From an uncultured virus (IMG/VR IMGVR_UViG_3300044267_003392) (Duplodnaviria; Heunggongvirae; Uroviricota; Caudoviricetes): a stretch of DNA of 64,000 nt. Each line of letters starts with the position of its first letter. The stretch's first letter is position 1. Shown in pieces: positions 20,177 to 30,410 of the stretch. The position numbers and the translations under genes are program-made. Below the pieces are notes generated by a model. That model had not been told where the DNA came from, ran no database searches, and saw only the letters and a list, made by a program, of their open reading frames with translations. Location of the stretch: IMG/VR virus record IMGVR_UViG_3300044267_003392; one strand, 5' to 3'.

Positions 20177-21292
20177 TTATCTTGCGTTGTTGGGTGTTCC
20201 ATTTGATGTTACAAATGGTGATTCTGCAAATGCCATGTAGACGTATGTACCATCATCAAGGTTGGTATCGTTTCCTGAACCTCTACATTTAAATCCATTT
20301 GATAATATATCTATTGGATTTCCAGTTTGACTTGTTCCTTCAACATTATTTAAATCAGCATATAAAATACTGTCACTTACATTACTTACTTTTCTTTTAT
20401 TATCAAATATATGCCAACTTCCTGATGCCCCTGTTTCTTTAATCATAACCCAAGCAGGTTTAAATCCTGTATAAAGAAATGGGCCATTTGCATTGCCATT
20501 ACCTGTGTAGCCGCCAAATTTACTGTAGCCTTGTATTTCTGTAAAAAAATAACCTACAAAAGTTTCTCCAGAATCATTTGTTGAATCATCATTATTTACA
20601 GAAAATACAGTAGATGTAGGTGCTGTATCATTCCAAGCTACATCATTATCTGATGTTGCATTGTTAGTATTAAGTTGTAGATGGTCAGTTTGTGGAGCAG
20701 AAGTATTTTTATGATGATAAACCATCCAACTCTCACCTGCACTTTTTGACCTATTTTTAACTATCATTACAGAAGGCGTTGCTCCTAATCCATGTGCAAT
20801 AGTTCCCGCACTTCCTGTACCTGTGTAAGTTATAATAGAAAATCCTGCTGTTGTATTTGCTTGGTAAACTGAATCTATACTACCTACACTTGTTGCTGAA
20901 GCATCATTAGTTGTGGTTGTTCCACCATTAGCTTTCCATGCCCAACAAACCATGTTATTTGCACCTTGGTTTGCTTCCCCAATAGCTTGTCCATCTCCAT
21001 CAACAATAAAACCTGTGGATGTTTGAACTAATCCATCAGCATTATTATCATCTTCATCGGCATCGCTATCTGCTGATATAAAATTATACATATTAACATC
21101 ACCACTAGGCATTGTTGAACCATCTGCTGGTCTGCTTGTATCATATATGAGATGACTGTAAGTTTGTGTTCTTGATTTAAACCAAAACCAATCTGGTCGC
21201 ATATTCATATTAACAGGTATATTAACGGTATTACCAGTATATAAAACAGCGCCAAAATATTCTGAAGGGTCATTAATTGTTGTGTATGCCAT
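20177..21292 (-). CDS. Tail fibre / receptor-binding-type protein with internal YTGNG repeats
   Basis: Repeated (Y/F)TGN/TG...P.W...K.R units, C-terminal YVYMAFAESPF. Confidence 0.6.
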   Translation of the reverse strand: MAYTTINDPSEYFGAVLYTGNTVNIPVNMNMRPDWFWFKSRTQTYSHLIYDTSRPADGSTMPSGDVNMYNFISADSDADEDDNNADGLVQTSTGFIVDGDGQAIGEANQGANNMVCWAWKANGGTTTTNDASATSVGSIDSVYQANTTAGFSIITYTGTGSAGTIAHGLGATPSVMIVKNRSKSAGESWMVYHHKNTSAPQTDHLQLNTNNATSDNDVAWNDTAPTSTVFSVNNDDSTNDSGETFVGYFFTEIQGYSKFGGYTGNGNANGPFLYTGFKPAWVMIKETGASGSWHIFDNKRKVSNVSDSILYADLNNVEGTSQTGNPIDILSNGFKCRGSGNDTNLDDGTYVYMAFAESPFVTSNGTPNNAR

Positions 21293-21309
21293 AATTCCTT
21301 ATATCCTAC

Positions 21310-23682
21310 TTATCCGTATTGTGCTAGGTTTTTTGTACAAAGTGCATAATAACCACTAGGTACTGCGTATTCAAAATTACCATATCCATTAGCATCTGCA
21401 TTACCACTTGATATGCTATAAGGTGGATTGCCAAAATTAGCTGCCGCTACTAAAATTGATTCATCGTTACCATTACTGACATTATCTCCGATAGCAAAAA
21501 AATAAGCTCCTAAAACCGTGCTTGAAGGCGCAACAATAGTACCATAACCAGTAGGACTACTTTCATCATAGTTACCAGAACCATCTGCCCATTGTCCATT
21601 TTTAGCAAATGCTACTCTGTTATTATCTATATCTAAAGCCACAGACATTATGTCATTATCATCACCCCAAGTAGCACCATAAGTAGCTCCTGCTTGGTTG
21701 TTACTTGTAAATTTTCCATTATCGGCAGCAATACCATAGTTATATTGGCTAAAGGTTAATTTTTCATTTCCAGCACTATTACTATTGGCTGTAGAATCTT
21801 TATGATTACCAGATTCACTTATAACTCCAACATGTGCATAGTTAGCTCCTCCGGTAGCTGCTTCATCAATTATTTTAAATTCCATATACCATTTACCGCT
21901 TGTTACACCCATTGTAGATGCATAAAATGAATGGTTATTATTTGGTGTTGTAATTTTACAATTTCCTTCTGAAAATGTACCATTAAGAGCTTGAGCATCT
22001 AAAGGATTTAAAGTAGCAAAATTATTTGTAGGTGTATCTTCTACAATGTTTATTGATTCTAAATTATTTGATGTTAAATGATTTAAGTTTCCACTTGTAT
22101 CTGCTCCTATAGTACCTGTACCTGCTGTACCTGTACCTGTTTGTTTAAACTCAAGTTTAAATCCTGCTGCTCCAAAAGTACCTTCGTATTTTTTAGGTCT
22201 CCATATTGTAGGATTATCTGGATCCGGTTCTCCAAAATTTCCACAATGAAGAGCTTGTCCATCAATGTAATAAAAATCAGCCAAATAACCTTCTGACATA
22301 GAACTAACTGCACTAGAGCCATAGCCACCACCTACTGTTTGTGCGGCTTTATTTAATATTGGTAAAGAAGCATCTTGTGAAGGAGCACTTTCAGTTCCCC
22401 AATCAGTATATTGCTCTCCATTTATATACATTTTAAATCTATCTGCTGCAGTTGCTTGAGTTGTATCAATAGATACAACAACATGATACCAAGCAGTAGG
22501 GTCTCTAAATCTTGCATTAGAAGCATAATTTATATCTGCACTCCCACTTGTTCTAGAAAAAATACCAACATACCCATCTGGATCAGAAAAATATATATAA
22601 CCTCTGTTGTTAACGTCTGTATGACCACCAAATAATACGTTATCAGCACCTACATTTCCCATTTTTGTCCAAACAGAAAAAGTTGCTGTAGTATTACTTT
22701 GTGAAATTCTTGTTCTATTTAAATAATCAGTGTCACCATCATCAAACCTACAAGAGTTAGTAATTTCATATTGATTAGGGTCTGGCCATTGTCCTTTTAT
22801 TTTTGAAGAATATTGATTTTTCATATTCCACACACCGCTAGCTTTGTCTTTTTCTTTTATTATAACTATACCAGATCCACCTGCTCCACCTGCAACAGGT
22901 GCTGAGCCAGAAGCTCCACCTCCACCGCCAGTATTAGCAGTTCCTGCAGTTCCTGCGGCTCCATTACCACCGGGACCTCCTCCGCCATTACCGCCAGCTC
23001 CACCGGCTGTTCCACCAGTAGATTCAGAGCCTCCTCCGCCTCCACCAGCATAATAAATAGAAGTTCCTGTAATTGTTGAGGGGGCACCCTCACCACCATT
23101 ACCTGCAGCTCCGGGATCATTTGCTCCATCAGTACCTGCAGCTCCTGCACCGCCGCCTCCACCACCTCTATCATTAGTGGGTGAAGATTGTGGTTTTGAT
23201 TTTCCACCATCGTTACCTTGACCAGCAGTTCCACTACCACCAGCATCGTCTCCACGACCTCCGCCGCCGCCGCCAGAACCTCCATCAACACCTGTTCCTC
23301 CACCACCAGAATCACCAAGGCCTCCGCCTCCGCCTCCTGCTGATGTTATAGGATTTACAGGATTTGAAAAAACTGAATTTGCGCCACTACTACCATCTTC
23401 TGGTGTTCCAGTGCCTCCTGCGGCACCACCAGCTCCAACTGTAATTGCAATATTACTATTAGCTAAAACGTGTTGTCTAGTTAGATTTCTAAATCCACCA
23501 GCTCCTCCGCCGCCAGCTCCTTGGTCTCCTCCAGAGCCTCCGCCGCCAGCAACAGTTAAAACATCTACTTCTGTTGTTCCTTGTTGTACTGCAAAATTAC
23601 CAGAAGTTTTCATAGTAGTAATAACATTACCACCATGAGAAGGTTTATTTAATTTACCTTTAATTCCACCGTTGGCTGCCAT
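21310..23682 (-). CDS. Gly-rich fibre protein fused to LamG/ConA-like and SPRY-like domains
   Basis: N-terminal GGGGG repeat module, then FRDPTAWYHVVV (LamG-like) and SGKWYME...ALDIDN (SPRY-like). Confidence 0.7.
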   Translation of the reverse strand: MAANGGIKGKLNKPSHGGNVITTMKTSGNFAVQQGTTEVDVLTVAGGGGSGGDQGAGGGGAGGFRNLTRQHVLANSNIAITVGAGGAAGGTGTPEDGSSGANSVFSNPVNPITSAGGGGGGLGDSGGGGTGVDGGSGGGGGGRGDDAGGSGTAGQGNDGGKSKPQSSPTNDRGGGGGGAGAAGTDGANDPGAAGNGGEGAPSTITGTSIYYAGGGGGGSESTGGTAGGAGGNGGGGPGGNGAAGTAGTANTGGGGGASGSAPVAGGAGGSGIVIIKEKDKASGVWNMKNQYSSKIKGQWPDPNQYEITNSCRFDDGDTDYLNRTRISQSNTTATFSVWTKMGNVGADNVLFGGHTDVNNRGYIYFSDPDGYVGIFSRTSGSADINYASNARFRDPTAWYHVVVSIDTTQATAADRFKMYINGEQYTDWGTESAPSQDASLPILNKAAQTVGGGYGSSAVSSMSEGYLADFYYIDGQALHCGNFGEPDPDNPTIWRPKKYEGTFGAAGFKLEFKQTGTGTAGTGTIGADTSGNLNHLTSNNLESINIVEDTPTNNFATLNPLDAQALNGTFSEGNCKITTPNNNHSFYASTMGVTSGKWYMEFKIIDEAATGGANYAHVGVISESGNHKDSTANSNSAGNEKLTFSQYNYGIAADNGKFTSNNQAGATYGATWGDDNDIMSVALDIDNNRVAFAKNGQWADGSGNYDESSPTGYGTIVAPSSTVLGAYFFAIGDNVSNGNDESILVAAANFGNPPYSISSGNADANGYGNFEYAVPSGYYALCTKNLAQYG

Positions 23683-24059
23683 TATTCTTCAATCCAACCT
23701 TTTGTGTTATCTCCTTGATAAACAGACTCATCCCAATAATAAAATTTATCACCACCATTTGATTTGTCATCGCTAGGTCTTGGTATTGGTGGTTCCCACT
23801 CATCATTATCATCTAAAGTCCAAGAAGCATGGGGTTGAGGTGCTATAAAAATATCTTTTGTAGCATTATAGGTATAATTTTTACCTGCATATTGTTTTCT
23901 AAAATTGTTATTATAAGATGTTTGTTTCCATGTACCACCCCAAAAGTTAGTACACCATGTTTCACCATCAACATGTTTGTCTGAGGGAACGTGTTTGTTA
24001 TCAACAACGCATACCCTTAATACAACATTATTTTTATCTAATTCTGCAAAATGTGCCAT
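23682..24059 (-). CDS. Conserved phage protein accompanying Gly-rich fibres
   Basis: MAHFAELD..NVVLRV, WKQTSYN..FRK.YAG motifs. Confidence 0.65.
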   Translation of the reverse strand: MAHFAELDKNNVVLRVCVVDNKHVPSDKHVDGETWCTNFWGGTWKQTSYNNNFRKQYAGKNYTYNATKDIFIAPQPHASWTLDDNDEWEPPIPRPSDDKSNGGDKFYYWDESVYQGDNTKGWIEE

Positions 24060-24084
24060 TAATCGTTCTCCTTCATATTATTTA

Positions 24085-25029
24085 TTAAGTTGGCCAGTCA
24101 TTGTTTAATTCATGTTCATAAACTTCACTTATACTCCATACACCAGTTGCTTTTGATATGCCAGTTAATGCTGCTTCTTGAACTTCTATAATACCAGAAC
24201 CACCAGAACCACCAGTTCTATTGTTAGAAGGACCGCCTGCGGCACCTCCACCACCACCAGTGTTAGCAGTTCCTGCTGTGCCATTTTCATCACCACCAGA
24301 ACCTGCACCGCCTCCACCTGAACCTCCTGATGAAGCTCCCATTGGGGTTTGTCTTGCACCGCCGCCACCACCGCCAGCATATGTATTTGATGATATAGGT
24401 GAAGAGCTGCCTGCGCCGCCATTACCACCTTTTCCTGATGGTGCGTCACCAGTTGCTCCATTTGAACCAACACCGCCTATACCGCCACCGCCACCCCCAG
24501 CAGTTTTATCATTAGTGTTTTCAGGGCCACCTGAATTACCACCATTGTTTCCTTGAGAGGGACTTACAGGTGGTGTATTTCCTGAACCTTGTGATCCTGT
24601 TTCATCATTACCACAACCGCCACCAGATCCACCATCAACACCTTGGTGTGAACTAGCACCGCCACCGCCTGCACCGCCACCTGCTGAAGTTATAGTAGAC
24701 GCGCTTGCAAGAGATGAATCTCCACCACTAGCACCTTTACCATGTGGATGACCTGACGAAGTGGCTGCACCACCAGCACCTATTGTAACTGCATGACCTT
24801 GACCACTTGTTACTGCAAGAGGACCTGTTCTAAATCCACCAGCACCTGCGCCACCGCCTGCATATCCGCCACCACCTGCACCACCACCTCCAACAATAAC
24901 ATAAGTTACTGCTGTCGTTAAAGGTTGTGCTGTGAACGTGCCACTAGATGTAAAAGTAGTAACTTTTGATTTTTGCGATAAACTGGTTCCTGCTTTATTT
25001 TCTGGACCTATGATACCACCATTAGCCAT
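24085..25029 (-). CDS. Gly-rich tail-associated protein
   Basis: FTSSGTF...V.GGG.GG...GSGGSG.I, with ATG at 25029 behind AGGAG. Confidence 0.7.
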   Translation of the reverse strand: MANGGIIGPENKAGTSLSQKSKVTTFTSSGTFTAQPLTTAVTYVIVGGGGAGGGGYAGGGAGAGGFRTGPLAVTSGQGHAVTIGAGGAATSSGHPHGKGASGGDSSLASASTITSAGGGAGGGGASSHQGVDGGSGGGCGNDETGSQGSGNTPPVSPSQGNNGGNSGGPENTNDKTAGGGGGGIGGVGSNGATGDAPSGKGGNGGAGSSSPISSNTYAGGGGGGARQTPMGASSGGSGGGGAGSGGDENGTAGTANTGGGGGAAGGPSNNRTGGSGGSGIIEVQEAALTGISKATGVWSISEVYEHELNNDWPT

Positions 25030-25039
25030 CAATTACTCC

Positions 25040-25402
25040 TTACGCGTCGTCTAATTCTTCGTAAGACACGAAATAAGTTAAATCATTTGCTGCGGATGCT
25101 GTGAAATATAATAAATCTGTTTCATCCAAATAAATTGGATTTTCTAAAAGACTTAACGTTGCATCGGCAGGAACTGAAATAGTGCTTGCTATTGCCACAA
25201 AATTAGAACCATTATCAATACTTACTTCTACTGTAATATCAGCAGCATTTGTGCCATCAACGTTAGCAACAAGTATAGTATTAATTTTGGCTACCTTATC
25301 TGCAGGAACATCTATCGCTTCTGTGCGGCTAGTTCCAGTCAAAAGCGCCGTAGCGTTTTTGGCATTAATCGTAGCTACATTTACAATATTCGGTGTTGCC
25401 AT
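25040..25402 (-). CDS. Small beta-rich tail protein
   Basis: MATPNIVNV...KINTILVANVDG...IYL.E.D pattern. Confidence 0.6.
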   Translation of the reverse strand: MATPNIVNVATINAKNATALLTGTSRTEAIDVPADKVAKINTILVANVDGTNAADITVEVSIDNGSNFVAIASTISVPADATLSLLENPIYLDETDLLYFTASAANDLTYFVSYEELDDA

Positions 25403-25421
25403 TATTTACCTCCTTAATTAA

Positions 25422-27194
25422 TTATCCAAAAACAATAGCCATTGCTATTGCCTTTCCTACTGAAGCCGCACTTGAATTTGCGTCAACGTATGTTATTATT
25501 CTTGAGGCAGCCATTTTTCTTTCAGTGCCTCCTGCTCCGTTATCTACAATAAATAAATCTGCATCTGCCAAAGCTTCTCCAATATCAGTAGCACCATCAA
25601 TATCTAGAGCTCCAATGTCTACTTTATTTGCTGTAGAAATTGTAGCTAATTTAGAATCTGCAATTGCTGCTGAAGCGTTAACATCGGCATTAACTATTAC
25701 ACCAGATGCTATACTAAATACACCAGCGTTAGTCAATCCAACATCACCACTTGGAACTACTGGATTATAATTTGTTCCGTCTGCTACTAAAATAGCAGTA
25801 TCAGTGTTAGTGCCCATGGTAATATCATCACCAGTAACTGTTAGATCACCACCTACGGTAGCATTACCAGTTGTTGTAATTGTATCCACATAAGCGTCTT
25901 TCCATCTTACCCCTGTAGAACCTAAGTCAACATCACTGTCTGACTGTGGTCCAAAAATATTATCACCAAGGTAAACTTGTTCTACGTTTGCTGCATAAAA
26001 ATGTATTTCATCCGCTGTTTCAAAATCTATTTTAGTCTCATCATCCTCACCAATTTTAATGTCGGTTGCGAGCAATGATGTAATTGTTGTTTGAGCTGCG
26101 GCTATTGCAAAATCTAAATTATCATTTGTTGTGTCATATGTAACAGAAATACCAGTTTCAGTATTACTAGAGACCATGTTTGTTCCAACAGTATCTCTTA
26201 TAAATGTTGCTAAAGCTGTTCCATCAACAGTGATTGCATCTGCTTCTAAAGTTCCATCAATATCTGCATTACCACTAATATCTAAAGTTGCCGCGTCTAA
26301 TTCTCCACTAATGGTAATATTTCTACCACCAGTAATGTCTATGTTAGAATCAGCAACCATTGCTTTACTTGCTGCTGCCGTACCTGCTGTAATTCCATCA
26401 AGAAATTCTAATTCCGCTTCTGTTAATTCCGCGTTTGAACCAAGAGTTAATGTTCCTGTAACTGTAAGATTATCATTAATTGTTACTTCAGAAGTTGTGT
26501 GTCCAATTGAAATAGGCACGCCAGATGTTGCAGTTCCTATGGTAATACCATTGGATGTATTAGAGTTATCTATATTTAATGATGTTGTTGCGTCTAATGA
26601 AATAGTTGTACCATCAACAGCAAGTATTCCATTAATGTCTATTGTTGTAGCTGCTATTTGTACTTCTGTATCTGCAACAATGTCTAATTGTCCATCAGTA
26701 GATGAATTAATATATAATCCAGTATCTCTAAATAATAATTTATTTGTACTGTTTAAAGTTAAACCTGTGCCGTCGGTATGTGTTAAAGTTGTGTCAGAGT
26801 CAGCTCCAAATTTTAACACAGCTGAATCTGATCCTAAAATAAGATCGTTTGCTAAAGTGACATCATTACTAGCATCTTCAAATGTTACTTTACTTGCTGG
26901 TAAAGTTACAAATACATCTTTAGTTCCAGCACTAAAATCAGTTGCTGAATCACTATTAGAACTTGTAATAACAGTAGTTCTTGCTAACGTGTCAGTAGAT
27001 GCATCAGTGACTGTTCCTAATCCTACTTCCCATTCATCTGCGTCACGATTAACAATAGCATAATACGTTGTGTTACCATTACCAACACCTGCTACAAAAG
27101 TTTCAAAACCACTTACAGCTCCACTTAAGTTAAGTGTCCCTGTTCCTGTAGTAGTAGAAGTTTCTTTTACTCTGTCATTAATTACTAATGCCAT
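25422..27194 (-). CDS. Tail fibre protein
   Basis: MALVINDRVKETSTTTGTG N-terminal attachment domain, Thr/Asp-rich shaft, C-terminal GKAIAMAIVFG. Confidence 0.7.
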   Translation of the reverse strand: MALVINDRVKETSTTTGTGTLNLSGAVSGFETFVAGVGNGNTTYYAIVNRDADEWEVGLGTVTDASTDTLARTTVITSSNSDSATDFSAGTKDVFVTLPASKVTFEDASNDVTLANDLILGSDSAVLKFGADSDTTLTHTDGTGLTLNSTNKLLFRDTGLYINSSTDGQLDIVADTEVQIAATTIDINGILAVDGTTISLDATTSLNIDNSNTSNGITIGTATSGVPISIGHTTSEVTINDNLTVTGTLTLGSNAELTEAELEFLDGITAGTAAASKAMVADSNIDITGGRNITISGELDAATLDISGNADIDGTLEADAITVDGTALATFIRDTVGTNMVSSNTETGISVTYDTTNDNLDFAIAAAQTTITSLLATDIKIGEDDETKIDFETADEIHFYAANVEQVYLGDNIFGPQSDSDVDLGSTGVRWKDAYVDTITTTGNATVGGDLTVTGDDITMGTNTDTAILVADGTNYNPVVPSGDVGLTNAGVFSIASGVIVNADVNASAAIADSKLATISTANKVDIGALDIDGATDIGEALADADLFIVDNGAGGTERKMAASRIITYVDANSSAASVGKAIAMAIVFG

Positions 27195-27202
27195 TTATAC
27201 TC

Positions 27203-27631
27203 CTACGCTAATCTTAGTATAGCGTTACTTGCATCTGCAGTTGGAAATTGAATTGTAAACGTCCCACTTGTAGATGTTTTATCCCCACCAAAATCTAATA
27301 CGCACACTGCTTTGTTTGAATTAGTACTGTTATAAATCAAAGCTCCACGCGCTGTAATAGTAGCTGATGTAAAAGATATATCAGCAAAATCACAGATTGC
27401 AGTCGTACCACTAGTTGTTGGTGTTACACTTGTAAGTGATCCACCTCCAGCAGAGTAAGACCCTGAATCAGAAACTTCGTTTGAACTGGAATAAGCAGTA
27501 GTTGAGGCATCTAAAGAAGCAGAACTTGTATACAATGCAATTTTAAAAGTGTCTTGTCCATTAGTAAAATTATGTCCTTCAACAAGAATTTCTTGTTTAA
27601 AACTGGTACAGACAGCTTGAGTTATAGCCAT
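27203..27631 (-). CDS. Conserved tail/collar structural protein
   Basis: MAITQAVCTSFKQE...FKIALY...ARGALIYN...VLDFG.DK pattern. Confidence 0.65.
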   Translation of the reverse strand: MAITQAVCTSFKQEILVEGHNFTNGQDTFKIALYTSSASLDASTTAYSSSNEVSDSGSYSAGGGSLTSVTPTTSGTTAICDFADISFTSATITARGALIYNSTNSNKAVCVLDFGGDKTSTSGTFTIQFPTADASNAILRLA

Positions 27632-27634
27632 GTT

Positions 27635-28333
27635 TTATTCTCCTATAGTTTTTGTTTTTGTAGATTGCATAGGGAATTTTAACTCTCCATGCAAATATTC
27701 ATCTCGTCTGTGCCTTCCAGTTTGCTCAACTATAAGCTCTTGCATAGCACGTTGATAAGATTGTTCGTATAATTGCAGCATTTCAGCTGGTCCCTTTAAG
27801 AACTTAAAGGCTTCTGCAAGACATCCATAAAGCAACGCCATTGGGGCATTGTCTCCCAACCATGAGGTTGTATTACTACTAGACAGTCTTGTAGGTAATC
27901 TAGTAATTCCTAATTCTACGTTATACGCTGAATCCGGCGTAGGAGCAAGATAAATTGTGTTTTGATCCCACCATGACCAATATCTTGGTGTGCCTGTAGC
28001 AGTTCTGTCAGGCCAATATTCATTCATGTAACTAAGATCACGATGTTCTAAAAAATCTCTTGTTGGTGTGCCTGAAGCAGGCCATATGTGAATTGTTCGT
28101 ATCGTAGCTAGTGATGTTGGATCTGGTGATGTACCTCCAGGTAAAGATACAAAAGGATTACTAGTTGTTAAAGTAGCTGATTGATGTGATTTAAAAGCAT
28201 CCAAGTCAGCTTCTTTTAATATTCTATTTTCTGTGTGCTCTATAAAATCATTTGTAATAGTAGACGTTAATACATCAGTGCTTGTTTCTGTATAGTCTAA
28301 TATTTGTTGTGTTAATTGTGCGTATGTAGTCAT
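27635..28333 (-). CDS. Head-tail adaptor-like protein
   Basis: GTPRY...LAPTPD.AY...LLYGCL.EA motif. Confidence 0.6.
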   Translation of the reverse strand: MTTYAQLTQQILDYTETSTDVLTSTITNDFIEHTENRILKEADLDAFKSHQSATLTTSNPFVSLPGGTSPDPTSLATIRTIHIWPASGTPTRDFLEHRDLSYMNEYWPDRTATGTPRYWSWWDQNTIYLAPTPDSAYNVELGITRLPTRLSSSNTTSWLGDNAPMALLYGCLAEAFKFLKGPAEMLQLYEQSYQRAMQELIVEQTGRHRRDEYLHGELKFPMQSTKTKTIGE

Positions 28334-28827
28334 TAGTTACTCAATGTTGCTGGACCAGAAGACGTTTGTCCTCCTCCACCATTTCCTGTAATAGATGGTG
28401 CTGTTGACACAGTAAAGGTATAAAAGTCATCATCTGTTTTTGTTATACTAAAACCAGCTTCTGCTTCTATTTCTGATTTAGATGCACCAAATAAATTACC
28501 AGACACAGTTCTAAATCTAACTGTATCACTACTAGATCTTTTATGTGCAGGTTCAAATACTGTTACTGTTGTACTAGAAGCTGTAAATCTAAACGGATTT
28601 AAAGGCAACAATCTTTCTGTTTCATTTTCTGTTCTTGCTGGTCTTGGAAATTGCAAAGCTTCTGCATCTGGCGAATGCTTGTTAGGTCTATCCTGTGGTG
28701 TTTTAGGTTCAAATTCACTTTTGTGAACACGTGCACCATTCCATTCCACAACCATTTCTGTGTATGGGTATTCCATACCACTACGGTCAGAAATAAATTT
28801 AGCATGTTTACCTATTGCATAAGCCAT
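28333..28827 (-). CDS. Hypothetical virion protein
   Basis: ISDRSG..YPY..M..EWNG..V...E.E.K.PQ motif. Confidence 0.6.
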   Translation of the reverse strand: MAYAIGKHAKFISDRSGMEYPYTEMVVEWNGARVHKSEFEPKTPQDRPNKHSPDAEALQFPRPARTENETERLLPLNPFRFTASSTTVTVFEPAHKRSSSDTVRFRTVSGNLFGASKSEIEAEAGFSITKTDDDFYTFTVSTAPSITGNGGGGQTSSGPATLSN

Positions 28828-28832
28828 TTAGT

Positions 28833-29066
28833 TTACCAATTACTTTTATTCTTACTAGACCAATGATACTTACCACCTTTAGTAGCTGCACCCATACCTT
28901 GAACTGTACCGTGTATCTCACCTTCTGCTATAGAAATAGTTTTTTCTTTTTCTTTTGGTTTAGCAGTAGGTATAGAATTAGTACCTCTATGACTCCAATT
29001 ACTTTTTACTCCACCAGTAGATCCACTAGCGTTAGCAGTTTGGTTATTCCAGTTTTTATTACTCAT
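28833..29066 (-). CDS. Small basic protein (GMGAATKGG motif)
   Basis: 77 aa, AAGGAGG RBS. Confidence 0.6.
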   Translation of the reverse strand: MSNKNWNNQTANASGSTGGVKSNWSHRGTNSIPTAKPKEKEKTISIAEGEIHGTVQGMGAATKGGKYHWSSKNKSNW

Positions 29067-29173
29067 TCTTCCTCCTTTTTACATTCACAGTTACCACATT
29101 GGCACTGTCCTCCGCAACATGAACCGCCATTACTACAATGACATTCATGATCACAATGTTTACATATTGGCAT
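29063..29173 (-). CDS. 36-aa Cys/His-rich metallothionein-like peptide (not in ORF track)
   Basis: Hand translation MPICKHCDHECHCSNGGSCCGGQCQCGNCECKKEEE*. GGAGG RBS, ATGA overlap with the next gene. Confidence 0.7.
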   Translation of the reverse strand: MPICKHCDHECHCSNGGSCCGGQCQCGNCECKKEEE

Positions 29174-29181
29174 ATTACCTC

Positions 29182-29931
29182 CTATGGTGTGTACGCCCGT
29201 GCTGGTTCAACTCTAAAAGAAACTCTTTCCCTATCGTTTTCAGAAGCACGTTTAAATTCTTCGTCATACACCGCTTTTAAGTTTGCACTTAACATCGGTG
29301 CTCTTTTTAAACTTATATAGTAAGCTAATCCAGCCGTCAAACAAGGAAGAAAATAAAAAGGTACATCAGCATTGTTTGTATAACTACCTGCGTCTTCTAT
29401 TCTTGCGATATAAAAATACTTAAATATGTAAGCTTTATCTGGGCTAGGATACAAAAACAATGTCATATCATTTTCTGGTCTGCCACTACTAGAAGAACTT
29501 CCAGTTGTAACTGTGCCTGGAACTAAAGCAAATTGTGTAGGTCTTGCATCACCCGAAGATGAATTTTCTTTTTTGCTTAAATTTATATATTCAGTTCTAG
29601 AAATTCTATTCATAGCAACATCTGTAGTATTACTATCACCTTCTAAATTAGAAGTTGCGCCTGTTGTAGTTGTTACAACAGCATCTACTATGTCTACTAC
29701 TTTTTGATCAATAGAATAATAATTTGTACCAGCAGTTAATGTTTGTGTTGCATATGTTATGGTCCATAAATTTAAACCACGGTTTGCCCACTCTGCTAAC
29801 ATTAAGTTCATAGATCTTCTAGCAGTTTTTAAATCATAACCACTACGAGTCTCTAATTGACACCTTTCGTATGCCTCTTCTATTATTTCCTCAATCGAAA
29901 GATTAAAGGTTTGTGTGCCTGAATAAGCCAT
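29182..29931 (-). CDS. Head-tail connector / tail tubular protein A-like
   Basis: IIEEAYERC...ARRSMNLM.AEWANRGLNLW, RPTQF, LYPSPD. Confidence 0.65.
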   Translation of the reverse strand: MAYSGTQTFNLSIEEIIEEAYERCQLETRSGYDLKTARRSMNLMLAEWANRGLNLWTITYATQTLTAGTNYYSIDQKVVDIVDAVVTTTTGATSNLEGDSNTTDVAMNRISRTEYINLSKKENSSSGDARPTQFALVPGTVTTGSSSSSGRPENDMTLFLYPSPDKAYIFKYFYIARIEDAGSYTNNADVPFYFLPCLTAGLAYYISLKRAPMLSANLKAVYDEEFKRASENDRERVSFRVEPARAYTP

Positions 29932-29939
29932 TTAAACCT

Positions 29940-30359
29940 TTAATAAATCTTTTGAAATTCAGCTACAACTGTGTACATGTTACCACTATCAGCAGCACCA
30001 GGTACAACAAGATTAACATCACTTTGATTACTGTTGCTAGATTTATCTGCTGGTATGCCACCAAATTCTCTAAAATCCCAATATCCTGTTCCTGTCAGTC
30101 CTATTATAGGAATATCTCCATCTGAATCTTCTTCATCTAGACGCGCATAAGAGTCGCCTCCATCGCCTCCTTGGCAAGAAAACCAAACTCTAAGTAATCC
30201 TAAGTGTGCCACAGCAGTTCCGTCTGCTCTTGCATCTAATGCTGACACATCACCAAAAACTGTTGTTGCTCCTGTTCCGTCTGATTGATTGACTATTTTG
30301 ATTGTAACGCGAGCGTCATTTTGTTGTAGGATAGTCGGTCCTGTTACTGTATCTGCCAT
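29940..30359 (-). CDS. Hypothetical virion protein
   Basis: 139 aa, AAGGAGGG RBS. Confidence 0.6.
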   Translation of the reverse strand: MADTVTGPTILQQNDARVTIKIVNQSDGTGATTVFGDVSALDARADGTAVAHLGLLRVWFSCQGGDGGDSYARLDEEDSDGDIPIIGLTGTGYWDFREFGGIPADKSSNSNQSDVNLVVPGAADSGNMYTVVAEFQKIY

Positions 30360-30381
30360 GTTCCCTCCTTAATCAAGAACT

Positions 30382-30399
30382 GTGGGGCCGAAGCCCCAC
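30382..30399 (-). terminator. GC-rich hairpin with C(UUCG)G loop (weak terminator or stability element)
   Basis: GTGGGGC-TTCG-GCCCCAC followed by AGTTCTT, directly after a stop codon. Confidence 0.6.
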
Positions 30400-30410
30400 T
30401 TGTTTATTTA

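Noticed and set aside
22860..23560. GC-rich CCN tandem repeats (also 24200-24890)
   Set aside because: Explained by polyglycine coding on the minus strand. Not an independent DNA repeat or foreign island.
26131..27063. 310-aa plus-strand ORF and the many other antisense ORFs in the track (e.g. 5617..6162, 33028..33534, 56074..56652)
   Set aside because: They lie wholly opposite well-supported genes, lack RBSs or motifs, and reflect codon-bias shadows.
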